Assembly: GCA_014240165.1 (NCBI GenBank)
Contig: JAAZXM010000009.1
Coordinates: forward strand, 18,624 to 82,623
Length of the DNA: 64,000 nucleotides
Direction: 5' to 3'
Origin: Myxococcales bacterium
GTDB taxonomy: Bacteria > Myxococcota_A > UBA9160 > UBA4427
Below the pieces are notes generated by a model, which saw only the letters and a list, made by a program, of their open reading frames with translations, did not search any database and was not told the DNA's origin. This document shows, piece after piece, positions 1 through 8,419 of this stretch (position 1 is its first letter; the number at the start of each line of letters is the position of its first letter). The position numbers and the translations under genes were made by a program.

Positions 1-4
1 TGGC

Positions 5-1339
5 TTGGGTGCGGGACAATGGGTGGCCTATGGGGATGTGACCCATGCCGCCTGCTCACGGTGGGGCCTGGCCATCGGCACCATGGCGGGGATCTCATTG
101 CTCCGGCGTTCGCGCTTCGAATCCGCGGAATCCGTTGTCGAAGCGAACCGGGAACTCCGTGAGCGAATTGCTGCTCACCCGGGCGGCGCCGAACAGTTGC
201 TGCAGATGGATGCGGCGGGAGCCGAGTCAACGAGACTCAGCGATCGCGGGGCGGTCTACGGATTCATCGCTCTTTGCCTGGTTGTCCAATTCCTTCAATT
301 CAGCGACCCCGCCTTCCTTCATGTCGGGAGTTTTATTCCCTCGTTGGTTGGACAGGGCGAGGTCTGGAGGGTCGCGACGGCGAATCTTCTCCACGACACC
401 CTGATCTTTCCCCTGCATATCCTGCTCAACTTGATCTGCATCTTCACGTTCGGAACGCTTGTCGAGCGCACTCTGGGCCGGGATCGAGCGATCGTAGTGA
501 TTGGCGCATCCGCCGCCGGAGCCATGTGGGCTGCGGCTTCAGCGAGTTATGTCGAGGTGATCGGTGCATCGGGAGTAGCAGCCGGTCTTGTGGGGTCGGT
601 TCTCTGTCTCGAGTTCAATGCGACCCGATCCCTACCGGTATGGTCGAGAATTCCAAGGCGCATCTTCATCTTCGCGCTCATCGTCCAGGGGATGGTGGAT
701 ATCCTGGTTCCCTTCGTCGCGGGTGCGGCCCATATCGGCGGGTTCGCATTGGGCTACCTGACAACGCGCCTCTTCATCACGGAAGGCCGGGTTCAATCGA
801 GCCCGGGACTTGGGGTTCGTCGCCTGGCGGGAGCCACAATTTTCATGGTGGTGGTCGCCATCGTGGCAACGATTCCCCTCTTGCGAGGGGATCCGGGGGC
901 GATGGAGCGTCATGGGTTACTCGTTCTCAAGATGGAAGATTCCACGGTGCGCTACGACAACGAAGCCGCCTGGCGGATTCTGACAGAAGGAGAGGCCCGT
1001 GAGAGCGGGGTGCAGGTCGCAGTGCTGCTGGCCCTTCGCGCCGCCCGTAGGAGCGATTGGCGCGATCCGAATGTGCTCGACACCCTGGCCGAAGCTCTCT
1101 TTGCCTCGGGTGACGCGTATAGTGCCCTCGAGGTGATCGACCAGGCGATCTTCCTGAGCCGGGGTTATCGGTATTTCGTGGAGCAGCGCAAGCGCTTTAC
1201 CGGAGAGCGTGATCCCGATGACCGCCCGGCTCCACCCGAGGAAGGTTGGTATCGCCGGCTGCCCGACCCCTTGGAGGAGCCGGATTCCGAAGAGCCCAAG
1301 ATCGACCCCGCTCCTCCCGGTGAATCGATCTGGATCTGA
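5..1339 (+). CDS. Rhomboid-family intramembrane serine protease with C-terminal soluble TPR-like domain
   Basis: Multi-TM core carries rhomboid catalytic motifs GASGVAAG (Ser) and AAHIGGFALGY (His). The ORF opens with TTG at the window edge; ATG at 83 is a more likely start. May be 5'-incomplete. Confidence 0.75.
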   Translation: MGAGQWVAYGDVTHAACSRWGLAIGTMAGISLLRRSRFESAESVVEANRELRERIAAHPGGAEQLLQMDAAGAESTRLSDRGAVYGFIALCLVVQFLQFSDPAFLHVGSFIPSLVGQGEVWRVATANLLHDTLIFPLHILLNLICIFTFGTLVERTLGRDRAIVVIGASAAGAMWAAASASYVEVIGASGVAAGLVGSVLCLEFNATRSLPVWSRIPRRIFIFALIVQGMVDILVPFVAGAAHIGGFALGYLTTRLFITEGRVQSSPGLGVRRLAGATIFMVVVAIVATIPLLRGDPGAMERHGLLVLKMEDSTVRYDNEAAWRILTEGEARESGVQVAVLLALRAARRSDWRDPNVLDTLAEALFASGDAYSALEVIDQAIFLSRGYRYFVEQRKRFTGERDPDDRPAPPEEGWYRRLPDPLEEPDSEEPKIDPAPPGESIWI

Positions 1340-1387
1340 ACGGGTTCTCGCTTGCCTGGACGCGACTCGTTTTCGCTGCCGCCCGGG

Positions 1388-2353
1388 TCAAGGCGTCAGG
1401 CTTTCTCCGTCTTCGGGAATCACGATGGGGCCATCGTAGGTTTTGCCCACGATCGCCTCGATCTGGAAATCGTAGAAGGGGGGCGGCCGCATGCGAATCA
1501 GGACGAGTTGCCGAGCCCGGGCTCTTCTGGCCAGGTCCCCGACGTCCTCGATGGAAGTATGAAGCGCCGCCTCCCGGATCAGCCTTTCGGGATCGGCGAT
1601 GACCCCAGCGCCTTCGATGTCCTCGGGCGGCGGGATGTAGACCGCCTCGTGGATCAAGAGGTCCGTATCCCGAGCAAATTCCGCGAGTTCTTCGGGCGCC
1701 CAGCCGGTTCCCGAGATCACCACTGATCGCTTGCCGCGTTCGAATCGCCACGCGAGGGCGGGAAGTGGACCCCCGCTGAGCGCGCCGGCGTGCAGCATGA
1801 CGCCCTCGATTTCTTCCGAGTAGCCGCCTTCGACTTCGTCGACTTCGATGCGAACGCCCAGGCTGGGCAGGGGAAGCGCTCGGTTCAGAGCCTCGCTTCC
1901 TTGGGCATGGGCGGCAAGCAGCCCCTCCACCAGGGCAGCCGTACCCGGTGGGCCGACCACGCGGAGGGGTTGCTCTCGATCTTCCAGCCAGCCTGTATAA
2001 AGAAGGTCGTCGAGGCCGAGGGTATTGACCGGAAGCAGGTGAGTGAGCAGAACCAGTTGGGGCTGATTGACCGGAATTCCCGCATTGCGCAGCGCCTCGC
2101 TGACGCCCCGGCCCGCGTCCACCAGCACGACATGGTTTGCCCACGCTACGGCGGTGGAGGGCCCCAGGCGTTCGGGGTTTTCGTAGTCGCTCCCCGTCCC
2201 CACGGCCACGACAGTCAATGACGGGTAGTGGCGTTCCTCAAGCGGCCCGACCAGGGCGCCCAATTCGGCGGCGCGCCATACGACAAAAGCCGCTGCCCAG
2301 GCGAGTGCGACGACACCCACCAAGCCGAATATCAGGACCAGGCGAAGATTCAT
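1388..2353 (-). CDS. MBL-fold (RNase Z / beta-lactamase-like) protein with N-terminal TM anchor and degenerate metal motif
   Basis: 321 aa. N-terminal hydrophobic helix, then MBL-like strands (VVLVDAGRG, LVLLTH...). The position of HxHxDH reads THLLPVN. Confidence 0.65.
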   Translation of the reverse strand: MNLRLVLIFGLVGVVALAWAAAFVVWRAAELGALVGPLEERHYPSLTVVAVGTGSDYENPERLGPSTAVAWANHVVLVDAGRGVSEALRNAGIPVNQPQLVLLTHLLPVNTLGLDDLLYTGWLEDREQPLRVVGPPGTAALVEGLLAAHAQGSEALNRALPLPSLGVRIEVDEVEGGYSEEIEGVMLHAGALSGGPLPALAWRFERGKRSVVISGTGWAPEELAEFARDTDLLIHEAVYIPPPEDIEGAGVIADPERLIREAALHTSIEDVGDLARRARARQLVLIRMRPPPFYDFQIEAIVGKTYDGPIVIPEDGESLTP

Positions 2354-2848
2354 CGGGCGAACTCCGGCCCGGCTGCACGGCTCGGGGAGTCGGGCCGGGG
2401 GACCCGGGGCGTTGCGATGTTTTCCGGAAAATTGGCGGCATACATGGGCGAAACTCCTTCAGCGGCCCTCATATTCCTCCAGCTTGGACCTTGGGGCCAG
2501 CCCCGGGGAAACGGAGTGGTTCCGAACGACTCGGGGCAAGAATGCTGGCCTGCGCCTGGGGGTTCGGATATTTTGAATGGCAGGGGATCTCACTCATTCC
2601 CGAGTCCAGGCTGTGCGTTCGTAGGGAACGTGTGGTGCGGGCGGCCCGGAGGGGCGGACACGGCGCCCACCCCGGCCCGGGAACCAGGCGAGGGAATTTT
2701 GGGAACTCGCCATTCGTCACTATGCCGGCATGGAGGTGAGAATGTATCAACGTAGCACTACGGCGAGTGAGGTGGCGGCGACTTAGCGCGCCAAGTATCA
2801 CCGTCAGTATTCGGTGCTGCGGGGACGCAGGTTCCCAGCGCCACCGTT

Positions 2849-2908
2849 CCCGGGACCGCGGATGTCGTAGCCGCTTTGGGGCCTAGGCCCGGTCCCGGGA
2901 ATTTTTTT
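2849..2908 (+). terminator. Long hairpin followed by U7: intrinsic terminator or attenuator 45 nt upstream of the LLM oxidoreductase start
   Basis: CCCGGGACC (2849-2857) pairs perfectly with GGTCCCGGG (2891-2899), extendable by TT/AA, and is followed by AA + T7 (2902-2908). No plus-strand CDS lies upstream. Confidence 0.5.
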
Positions 2909-2952
2909 GCCCGCGACGCAGACCCCGCGACGCATGTAGAGGAGAAACCGGC

Positions 2953-4029
2953 TTGGAATTGGGCGTGTGCGTTGCCAGCCATATCGGCGATATCGACTAT
3001 GTGGTGGCCGCCGAAGAACTCGGCTTCAGCCGCGCGTGGCTGGCCGATAGCCAGATGATCTGGTCCGACTGCTACGCCACCCTGGCCCTGGCTGCACACC
3101 GAACCGAACGCATCCGGTTGGGGACGGGAATCGCCGTCACGGGCACACGTCCTGCGCCGGTGACCGCCGCCGCCATCGGGACGATCAACGCCCTGGCGCC
3201 CGGGAGGACCTTTCTGGGGGTTGGCGCGGGCAACACCGCGATGCGGATCATGGGGGCCCCGCCGCAGAAGATCGCCGAATTCGACCGCTATCTCGAGTCT
3301 CTCCTGCCCCTGCTTCGGGGCGAGGAGGCCTGGTTGGAACTCGAGGGCGAGAGCCGGCCCATTCGCCACATCATGCCCGATCGGGGCTTCGTGAACTTCG
3401 ACGATCCCATCCCGGTTTACGTTTCGGGTTTCGGTCCGCGCTCACTCGGCCTGGCGGGCCGGTATGGCGATGGCGCAGTGGTTCCGCTGCCCTGGAATGC
3501 CGCAGTAATGGAGGGTTTCTGGCGGGCGATCGAAGTGGGTGCCTCCGCGGCGGGGCGCTCCCTGGACAGGGACGGGTACGACACCACCGCGCTGACCACC
3601 ATCTCGGTACTCGACCCCGGAGAAACGGCGGATTCGCCTCGGATACGCCATGAGTGCGGCGCCTTCGCCATGGCAACCCTCCACTATGCATACGATCAAT
3701 GGCGTCAATTCGGTCATTCACCCCCGGCGCTTCTGGCCGATGTTTGGGATGACTACTGCGCGATGCTGGACGAGGTGCCCAAGGAGCGCCTCCACCAGCG
3801 CATCCATGCCGGCCATAATTGCTGGGTGCTCCCCGAGGAGGAGCGCTTTGTGACCCCGGGACTGATCGAGGCGACCTGCCTGGTGGGGACACGGGATCAA
3901 CTGCTCGAACGGCTGCATGAGTTGGGGGCGGCGGGTCTCGACCAACTGATGCTCCTGCCCGCCCTCGAGCCCCGGTACGCGGTCCTGGAGCGGCTGGCGC
4001 GGGATCTCCTCGGGCCGCTCTCCGAATGA
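2953..4029 (+). CDS. LLM-class (luciferase-like) flavin/F420-dependent oxidoreductase
   Basis: 358 aa. N-terminus MELGVCV..DIDYVVAAEELGFSRAWLADSQMIW is typical of the luciferase-like monooxygenase fold. TTG start with GAGGAG 8 nt upstream. Confidence 0.8.
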   Translation: MELGVCVASHIGDIDYVVAAEELGFSRAWLADSQMIWSDCYATLALAAHRTERIRLGTGIAVTGTRPAPVTAAAIGTINALAPGRTFLGVGAGNTAMRIMGAPPQKIAEFDRYLESLLPLLRGEEAWLELEGESRPIRHIMPDRGFVNFDDPIPVYVSGFGPRSLGLAGRYGDGAVVPLPWNAAVMEGFWRAIEVGASAAGRSLDRDGYDTTALTTISVLDPGETADSPRIRHECGAFAMATLHYAYDQWRQFGHSPPALLADVWDDYCAMLDEVPKERLHQRIHAGHNCWVLPEEERFVTPGLIEATCLVGTRDQLLERLHELGAAGLDQLMLLPALEPRYAVLERLARDLLGPLSE

Positions 4030-4063
4030 TTCCAGGATCCTTCATGCCTTCTTAAGCCATTTG

Positions 4064-4072
4064 TGGTAAAAT
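4064..4072 (+). promoter_or_regulatory. Candidate extended -10 promoter element (TGgTAAAAT) for the 4103 gene
   Basis: AT-rich 74-bp intergenic gap in a GC-rich genome. TG-G-TAAAAT lies 31 nt upstream of the ATG. No good -35 element. Confidence 0.3.
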
Positions 4073-4102
4073 TTCCCATTATTCTGGATCATCGGGAGCC
4101 CC

Positions 4103-4972
4103 ATGGCGGAAGGCGAATCTCAGGCAGGGCGGGCCACAGGCACCTCCGAGGCGCTCTGGACGGCCCTCAGGCGCCTTCTACGGCCCCTGGTGCGCCTCCT
4201 GCTGGGGTTGCAGGTCACCTATCCCCAATTGGCGGGTCTCCTCAAGGAGATCTTTGTCGAGGTGGGGGAGCGCGACTTTCGCTTGCCGGGCAAGAGCCCG
4301 ACCGATAGCCGGATCAGCCTGCTCACCGGGATCCATCGCAAGGATGTGAAGCGCCTGCGCCAGGCCACCCCGGTGGAGACGGGGGTGCCGGCGGCGCTCT
4401 CGCTCGGGGAACAGATCCACTCGCGCTGGATCCGGGAGCCCGCGTGGCTCGACGATGAGGGGCATCCCCGACCCCTGGCGCGCCAGGCTTCGCCGGATGG
4501 CCTGAGTTTCGAGGCCCTCGTGGAGTCGGTCAGCCGGGATATTCGTCCCCGCTCGGTGCTGGACGAATGGCTCCGCCTGGGCGTTGCACACGTCGATGAC
4601 GACGGAAACGTGGTGCTCGATGCCTCGGCTTTCGTGCCCAGCAAGGGCTTTGATGAAAAGGCCTTCTACCTCGGGCGAAATGTTGCCGACCATATCGCGG
4701 CGGCGGCCCATAACCTGGCGGGGGAGGGCGAGTCCTTCGTCGAACGAAGTGTGCACTACAACCGGCTGAGCGAGGCTTCGGGCCGGGAATTGCAGCAGCT
4801 CTCGGAAGAGAAGGGGATGGAGGCCCTCGAAGCCATCAACCGTCGCGCCGCGCAACTCCAGGCCCAGGATCGTGGCGCGCCCGAGAACGACCAGCGCATC
4901 AATTTTGGAATTTACGTTTTTCAGCAGCCGGAAAACGCCGATGCGGATGGGGGCGATCCGGATGCTGATTGA
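4103..4972 (+). CDS. Hypothetical protein, DUF6502-like (HTH-like N-terminal region)
   Basis: 289 aa. The N-terminal pattern LLRPLVRLLLG..TYPQLAGLLKEIFVEV..FRLPGK..TDSRISLLTGIHRKDVKRL matches my recollection of the DUF6502 family. Acidic C-terminus. Overlaps the next gene. Confidence 0.55.
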   Translation: MAEGESQAGRATGTSEALWTALRRLLRPLVRLLLGLQVTYPQLAGLLKEIFVEVGERDFRLPGKSPTDSRISLLTGIHRKDVKRLRQATPVETGVPAALSLGEQIHSRWIREPAWLDDEGHPRPLARQASPDGLSFEALVESVSRDIRPRSVLDEWLRLGVAHVDDDGNVVLDASAFVPSKGFDEKAFYLGRNVADHIAAAAHNLAGEGESFVERSVHYNRLSEASGRELQQLSEEKGMEALEAINRRAAQLQAQDRGAPENDQRINFGIYVFQQPENADADGGDPDAD

Positions 4973-6404
4973 TCGATTTCAACGGGGTGCTCGGGCGATT
5001 GGGCTCCTGGTGGCGATCGCCGCGCTGAGCCCGGCGAGTGTCCGAGCCGAGGATCCGTGTATCGCATCGCTTCGCGGAGCCGGTCCCGGGGGTATCGGGG
5101 GTACGGGCTACGGGGAAGCTCCGACGCTCGAGTTGACGACCGCCGGCGCCCCCGAAAGCGGGGGCATCGGCGGCACGGGGCTCCGCGAAGAGGGCGGCAT
5201 CGGGGGCAGCGGCCTTTCGACTGACGGCGGCGAGGAAGAGGGGGGTGTCGGAGGAACGGGGCTCGGGGGCGACGATGCCACCGGGGGCATCGGCGGCACG
5301 GCATGGATCGATGCGAGTTCCGGCATCGGCGGAACCGGGATCTATGGCACGGTCACGGCCTTTGGGAGCCTCTGCGTCAACGGCTATCACGTGGATTTCG
5401 ATCCCGAGATGGCGGTGGAAATCGATGGCGTAGAGCGTTCGGCAAAAGAACTCGCCCTGGGGCAGGTGGTCGAGGCGCGGGTGGTCCCCGGCGAGGGGTC
5501 ACGCCTCACGTTGCGGAGCCTGCGGGCGCGTTCGGCGGTGATTGGGCCCGTGGGGTCCATCGATGCCGAGCGGGGCTCCCTCGTGGTCGCCGGACAGCGA
5601 GTGTCGGTGCCCACCGGTTTTGCGCACGAGAACGCAGGGGCGCTTCGGACCGCGGCCCCCGGCGATTTTGTCGCCGTCAGCGGATTGCGTCGCAACGATG
5701 GGGTGGTGGTGGCCTCCCGAGTCGAGATCCAGCCGGTTCGTTCCGAAGTCAGCGTCGAGGGACCGCTGCGCAGGGGCCCCGATGATGCGCTTTACATTGC
5801 CGGTCTGCGGCTTGAGACCGAAGCGGGTTCGGGGGGTCGCCAGGCTGGCGAGATTGTCCGCGTGCGCGGTCGTCTCGACGCATCGACGGGAACGCTTCAG
5901 CGCGCCCGGGTCGAGGGCGTTCGACGCTTTGCGGGCGATGTGCGGCGGGTTTCTGTGGAAGGCTATGTCGAGCGGCAGGCCGATGGCCGAGCGCGGATCG
6001 GGAGCCGTGTGCTCGATCTCGCCGATCTCCCGGTAGGGAGCGACGGCCCACGCTCGGGGACTCGCATTTTCGTACGCGGCCGACTCAGCGAGGGCGGCGC
6101 GATCCAGGTCGAACGCCTTCGCCTCGATCGCCGACCCCTGGATGCGCCCGAACGTTCCGCCCCGGGTGAGGAGCGCTCCGGCCACGGGTCCGGGGAGGAC
6201 GAGGGGTCTTCGGATGACCGCAGCGACCGCTCTGAAAGATCCGACCGCTCGGACCGCTCGGATCGTTCTGACCGCTCGGATCGTTCTGACCGCCCCGACC
6301 GGCCTGATCGCCCTGACCGCCCCGACCGACCTGACCGTCCTGATCGGCCCGACCGTCCTGAGCGCCCGGAGCGTTCGGGCGGAGGCGGGCGCGGTCCGGG
6401 CTGA
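4962..6404 (+). CDS. Secreted DUF5666-like repeat protein (GGIGGTG repeats, beta-rich middle, (D/E)R(S/P) tail)
   Basis: The ORF runs 4872-6404. The likely start is ATG 4962 (also 4941/4947), giving signal peptide MLIDRFQRGARAIGLLVAIAALSPASVRA. Repeated GxxVxVxG beta modules are compatible with DUF5666. Confidence 0.65.
   Translation: MLIDRFQRGARAIGLLVAIAALSPASVRAEDPCIASLRGAGPGGIGGTGYGEAPTLELTTAGAPESGGIGGTGLREEGGIGGSGLSTDGGEEEGGVGGTGLGGDDATGGIGGTAWIDASSGIGGTGIYGTVTAFGSLCVNGYHVDFDPEMAVEIDGVERSAKELALGQVVEARVVPGEGSRLTLRSLRARSAVIGPVGSIDAERGSLVVAGQRVSVPTGFAHENAGALRTAAPGDFVAVSGLRRNDGVVVASRVEIQPVRSEVSVEGPLRRGPDDALYIAGLRLETEAGSGGRQAGEIVRVRGRLDASTGTLQRARVEGVRRFAGDVRRVSVEGYVERQADGRARIGSRVLDLADLPVGSDGPRSGTRIFVRGRLSEGGAIQVERLRLDRRPLDAPERSAPGEERSGHGSGEDEGSSDDRSDRSERSDRSDRSDRSDRSDRSDRPDRPDRPDRPDRPDRPDRPDRPERPERSGGGGRGPG
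5088..5339 (+). repeat. In-frame glycine-rich GGIGGTG heptad repeats (about 7 copies)
   Basis: Translation shows GGIGGTG, GGIGGTG, GGIGGSG, GGVGGTG, GGIGGTA and GIGGTG separated by acidic linkers. Confidence 0.85.
6216..6377 (+). repeat. 18 tandem 9-bp in-frame units encoding (D/E)R(S/P) tripeptides
   Basis: The DNA reads gac cgc agc / gac cgc tct / gaa aga tcc / gac cgc tcg ... gag cgt tcg. This translates to DRSDRSERSDRS...DRPDRPDRP...ERPERS. Synonymous codons vary between units. Confidence 0.95.
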
Positions 6405-6457
6405 AGGCTCGTCATCTCATCCAGCCTCCGCGCGGGAGGGCAGGCATGAGGGCGGGT

Positions 6458-8401
6458 TCAGGACGAATCGCCTCGTTCGTTCTCGATCTCTTCCAGCGCG
6501 CGACGCGCGGCGTCGTCGTCGGGGTCCGTCCGTAGGACCTTGCGGAATTCTGCCGCGGCCAACCCGGGTGCGCGGGTTTCGCGGTAACTGAGGGCGAGGT
6601 TGAACCGGGCGTCGCTGTCTTCCGGGTCTTCTTGGAGCACCTCCCGGTAGCCCGCGATCGCCTCTTCGAGTCGGCCGAGGCGACGGAGGGAGTTCGCGAG
6701 GTTGAAGCGGGCGCCCGAGTGCAGGGGGTCGCCCTCCAATACCCTGACGTACGCATCGACGGCCTCGGCATCTCGGCCCAGGGAGGCCAGGGTGGTGCCC
6801 AGGTTGTTGCGCGCCTTGAGGTAGTCGGGGTCGTGGGCGAGGGCTCGGCGGTAGTGCGCGAGTGCTTGCTCGAGATCGCCTGCCTCGGCCGCGTGGGCGC
6901 CCAGGATGAAGTCCAGGTTGGAGTCGCCTTCCAGGTAATCGGTGGCTTTGTGGGCCAGGCGAGCGGCATCGTCACTCTTGCCCGCCCAGCTGAGCACTTT
7001 GGCCAGGTTGCGCAGGGCGATGCCGTGGGCTCGCCGGTCGATGCGATCCATCACCTGCTCGGTGATATCCGACTCTCGCTGGGCCCATCCCGATGCCTGA
7101 AAGTCGATCCAGCCGGCTCGCGACATGGCGTCGAGGATTTCGAGTGCGAGGATCCGATGACCTTCGATGGTGGGGTGAACGTGGTCCAGGAACCAATCCT
7201 CCCCCGCGGCACGGTGCCCCTGTTCGGACATCACCCGGGCCTCGAGCACGGCTTCGAAATCCACCACCGGGACCTGTTCCCGATCCGCCACTTCGCGCAC
7301 GATTTTCGCCATCGGGGAGAGTGCGCGGAGGGGACAGACATCTTCATCCCGTGCTCTGCGGAGATGGGCCTCGGCACCCGAGCCATCTCCCAGGGAAAGC
7401 AGGCTCTGGCCCAGGCCGTATTGGCTTTCGGCATGGCGCGGATCCAGCGCGACCGCCTGGGAAAAGGCCCTTTGTGCGCCAAGGGAATCGCCGGCTTCGA
7501 GCGCTGCCCGGGCGGTCTGCATCGAGTCCCGCCACGCTGCGCGATCCGGGTCATCGTCTGCCAGGGAAGGGGTGCTACGGAAGGGCGAGCAGCCGCGCAG
7601 GTTGGAAGCGGGAACGATCAGAAGCGGTTCCGCGCCAGCGCGGCGGGCGATGCGAATGATTCGCTCGAGGTTGAACCGGTAGTGCTCGAGTACGCGGTCA
7701 CGGAGCAGATCGTCCCGCTCGTAGGCCGACGGGCCGACACTTCCATCGAGCACGGCGGAAACTTCGGCTTGAAGGACCGGCTGAGCCGGATTCGGCTCGC
7801 TCTTCAATACGCCACGCAAGGCTGCATCGATACGGGTACTCCGGAGGAGTGAATCCATGCGCTTGAGCGCGGGGTTGCGATCGCGCAATTCTGCGTAGGT
7901 GCGCTCCTCGAGGAACTCGTTGTGCCCGGTATAGACGACGAAATAATCGGGTTGCTGGCGCGCGAGTTCCTGGGCCAGGGCGGCTACCCGATAACTCGCA
8001 TAGCTGATCCCGCCCGCGTTGATGATCTCCCAGGGAGCGCCGCCGGTTCCCTCCGGAAGAAATGCGCGTAGCCACCCACAGAAAGAGGTGGCATCCGAGT
8101 AGGGTCGGCCGTAGGTGGTGGAGCCTCCGAGGCAGAACACCCTGCGGGTCCCGCTCTTCTTCGTTGCCGAGAAGCTCTGGTAGTTGAAGAAGCGCCGCTT
8201 ATTGTCCGCGGTCTGCCAGATACGCTCGCCCGAGTCGTCGGTCGCTTCAACAAAAAGCGGGATATGCGAAGCAAAGCCGACGTAGGGATCTTCGCGATCG
8301 ATCCGTGCTTCGACGCCCAGAACTTTCAGGGCACCTTCGAGAGCGAGGAAGAAGATCAACCAGACGATGCAGCCAAAGGCGATTTTGCGGGACGTCTTCA
8401 T
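6458..8401 (-). CDS. Membrane-anchored SGNH/GDSL-like hydrolase fused to C-terminal TPR repeats
   Basis: 647 aa. N-terminal TM helix, then RVFCLGGSTTYG (GDS-like block I) and DHVHPT (block V-like DxxH), then several TPR units (AxxxYxxAL..P). Confidence 0.7.
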   Translation of the reverse strand: MKTSRKIAFGCIVWLIFFLALEGALKVLGVEARIDREDPYVGFASHIPLFVEATDDSGERIWQTADNKRRFFNYQSFSATKKSGTRRVFCLGGSTTYGRPYSDATSFCGWLRAFLPEGTGGAPWEIINAGGISYASYRVAALAQELARQQPDYFVVYTGHNEFLEERTYAELRDRNPALKRMDSLLRSTRIDAALRGVLKSEPNPAQPVLQAEVSAVLDGSVGPSAYERDDLLRDRVLEHYRFNLERIIRIARRAGAEPLLIVPASNLRGCSPFRSTPSLADDDPDRAAWRDSMQTARAALEAGDSLGAQRAFSQAVALDPRHAESQYGLGQSLLSLGDGSGAEAHLRRARDEDVCPLRALSPMAKIVREVADREQVPVVDFEAVLEARVMSEQGHRAAGEDWFLDHVHPTIEGHRILALEILDAMSRAGWIDFQASGWAQRESDITEQVMDRIDRRAHGIALRNLAKVLSWAGKSDDAARLAHKATDYLEGDSNLDFILGAHAAEAGDLEQALAHYRRALAHDPDYLKARNNLGTTLASLGRDAEAVDAYVRVLEGDPLHSGARFNLANSLRRLGRLEEAIAGYREVLQEDPEDSDARFNLALSYRETRAPGLAAAEFRKVLRTDPDDDAARRALEEIENERGDSS

Positions 8402-8419
8402 GGCAATTGCAGCGTCAGC

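Noticed and set aside
1197-2144. 315-aa and similar Arg/Pro/Gly-rich ORFs (also 15676-16905, 10098-11075, 43386-44474, 48046-49071)
   Set aside because: They are alternative frames of recognisable genes. The extreme R/P/G composition is characteristic of off-frame translation in GC-rich DNA.
6216-6377. Possible CRISPR array (regular short repeats here, at 9337-9519, 36339-36377 and 36486-36549)
   Set aside because: The units are 8-18 bp and contiguous, without spacers. The first two are in-frame coding repeats. No cas genes are present.
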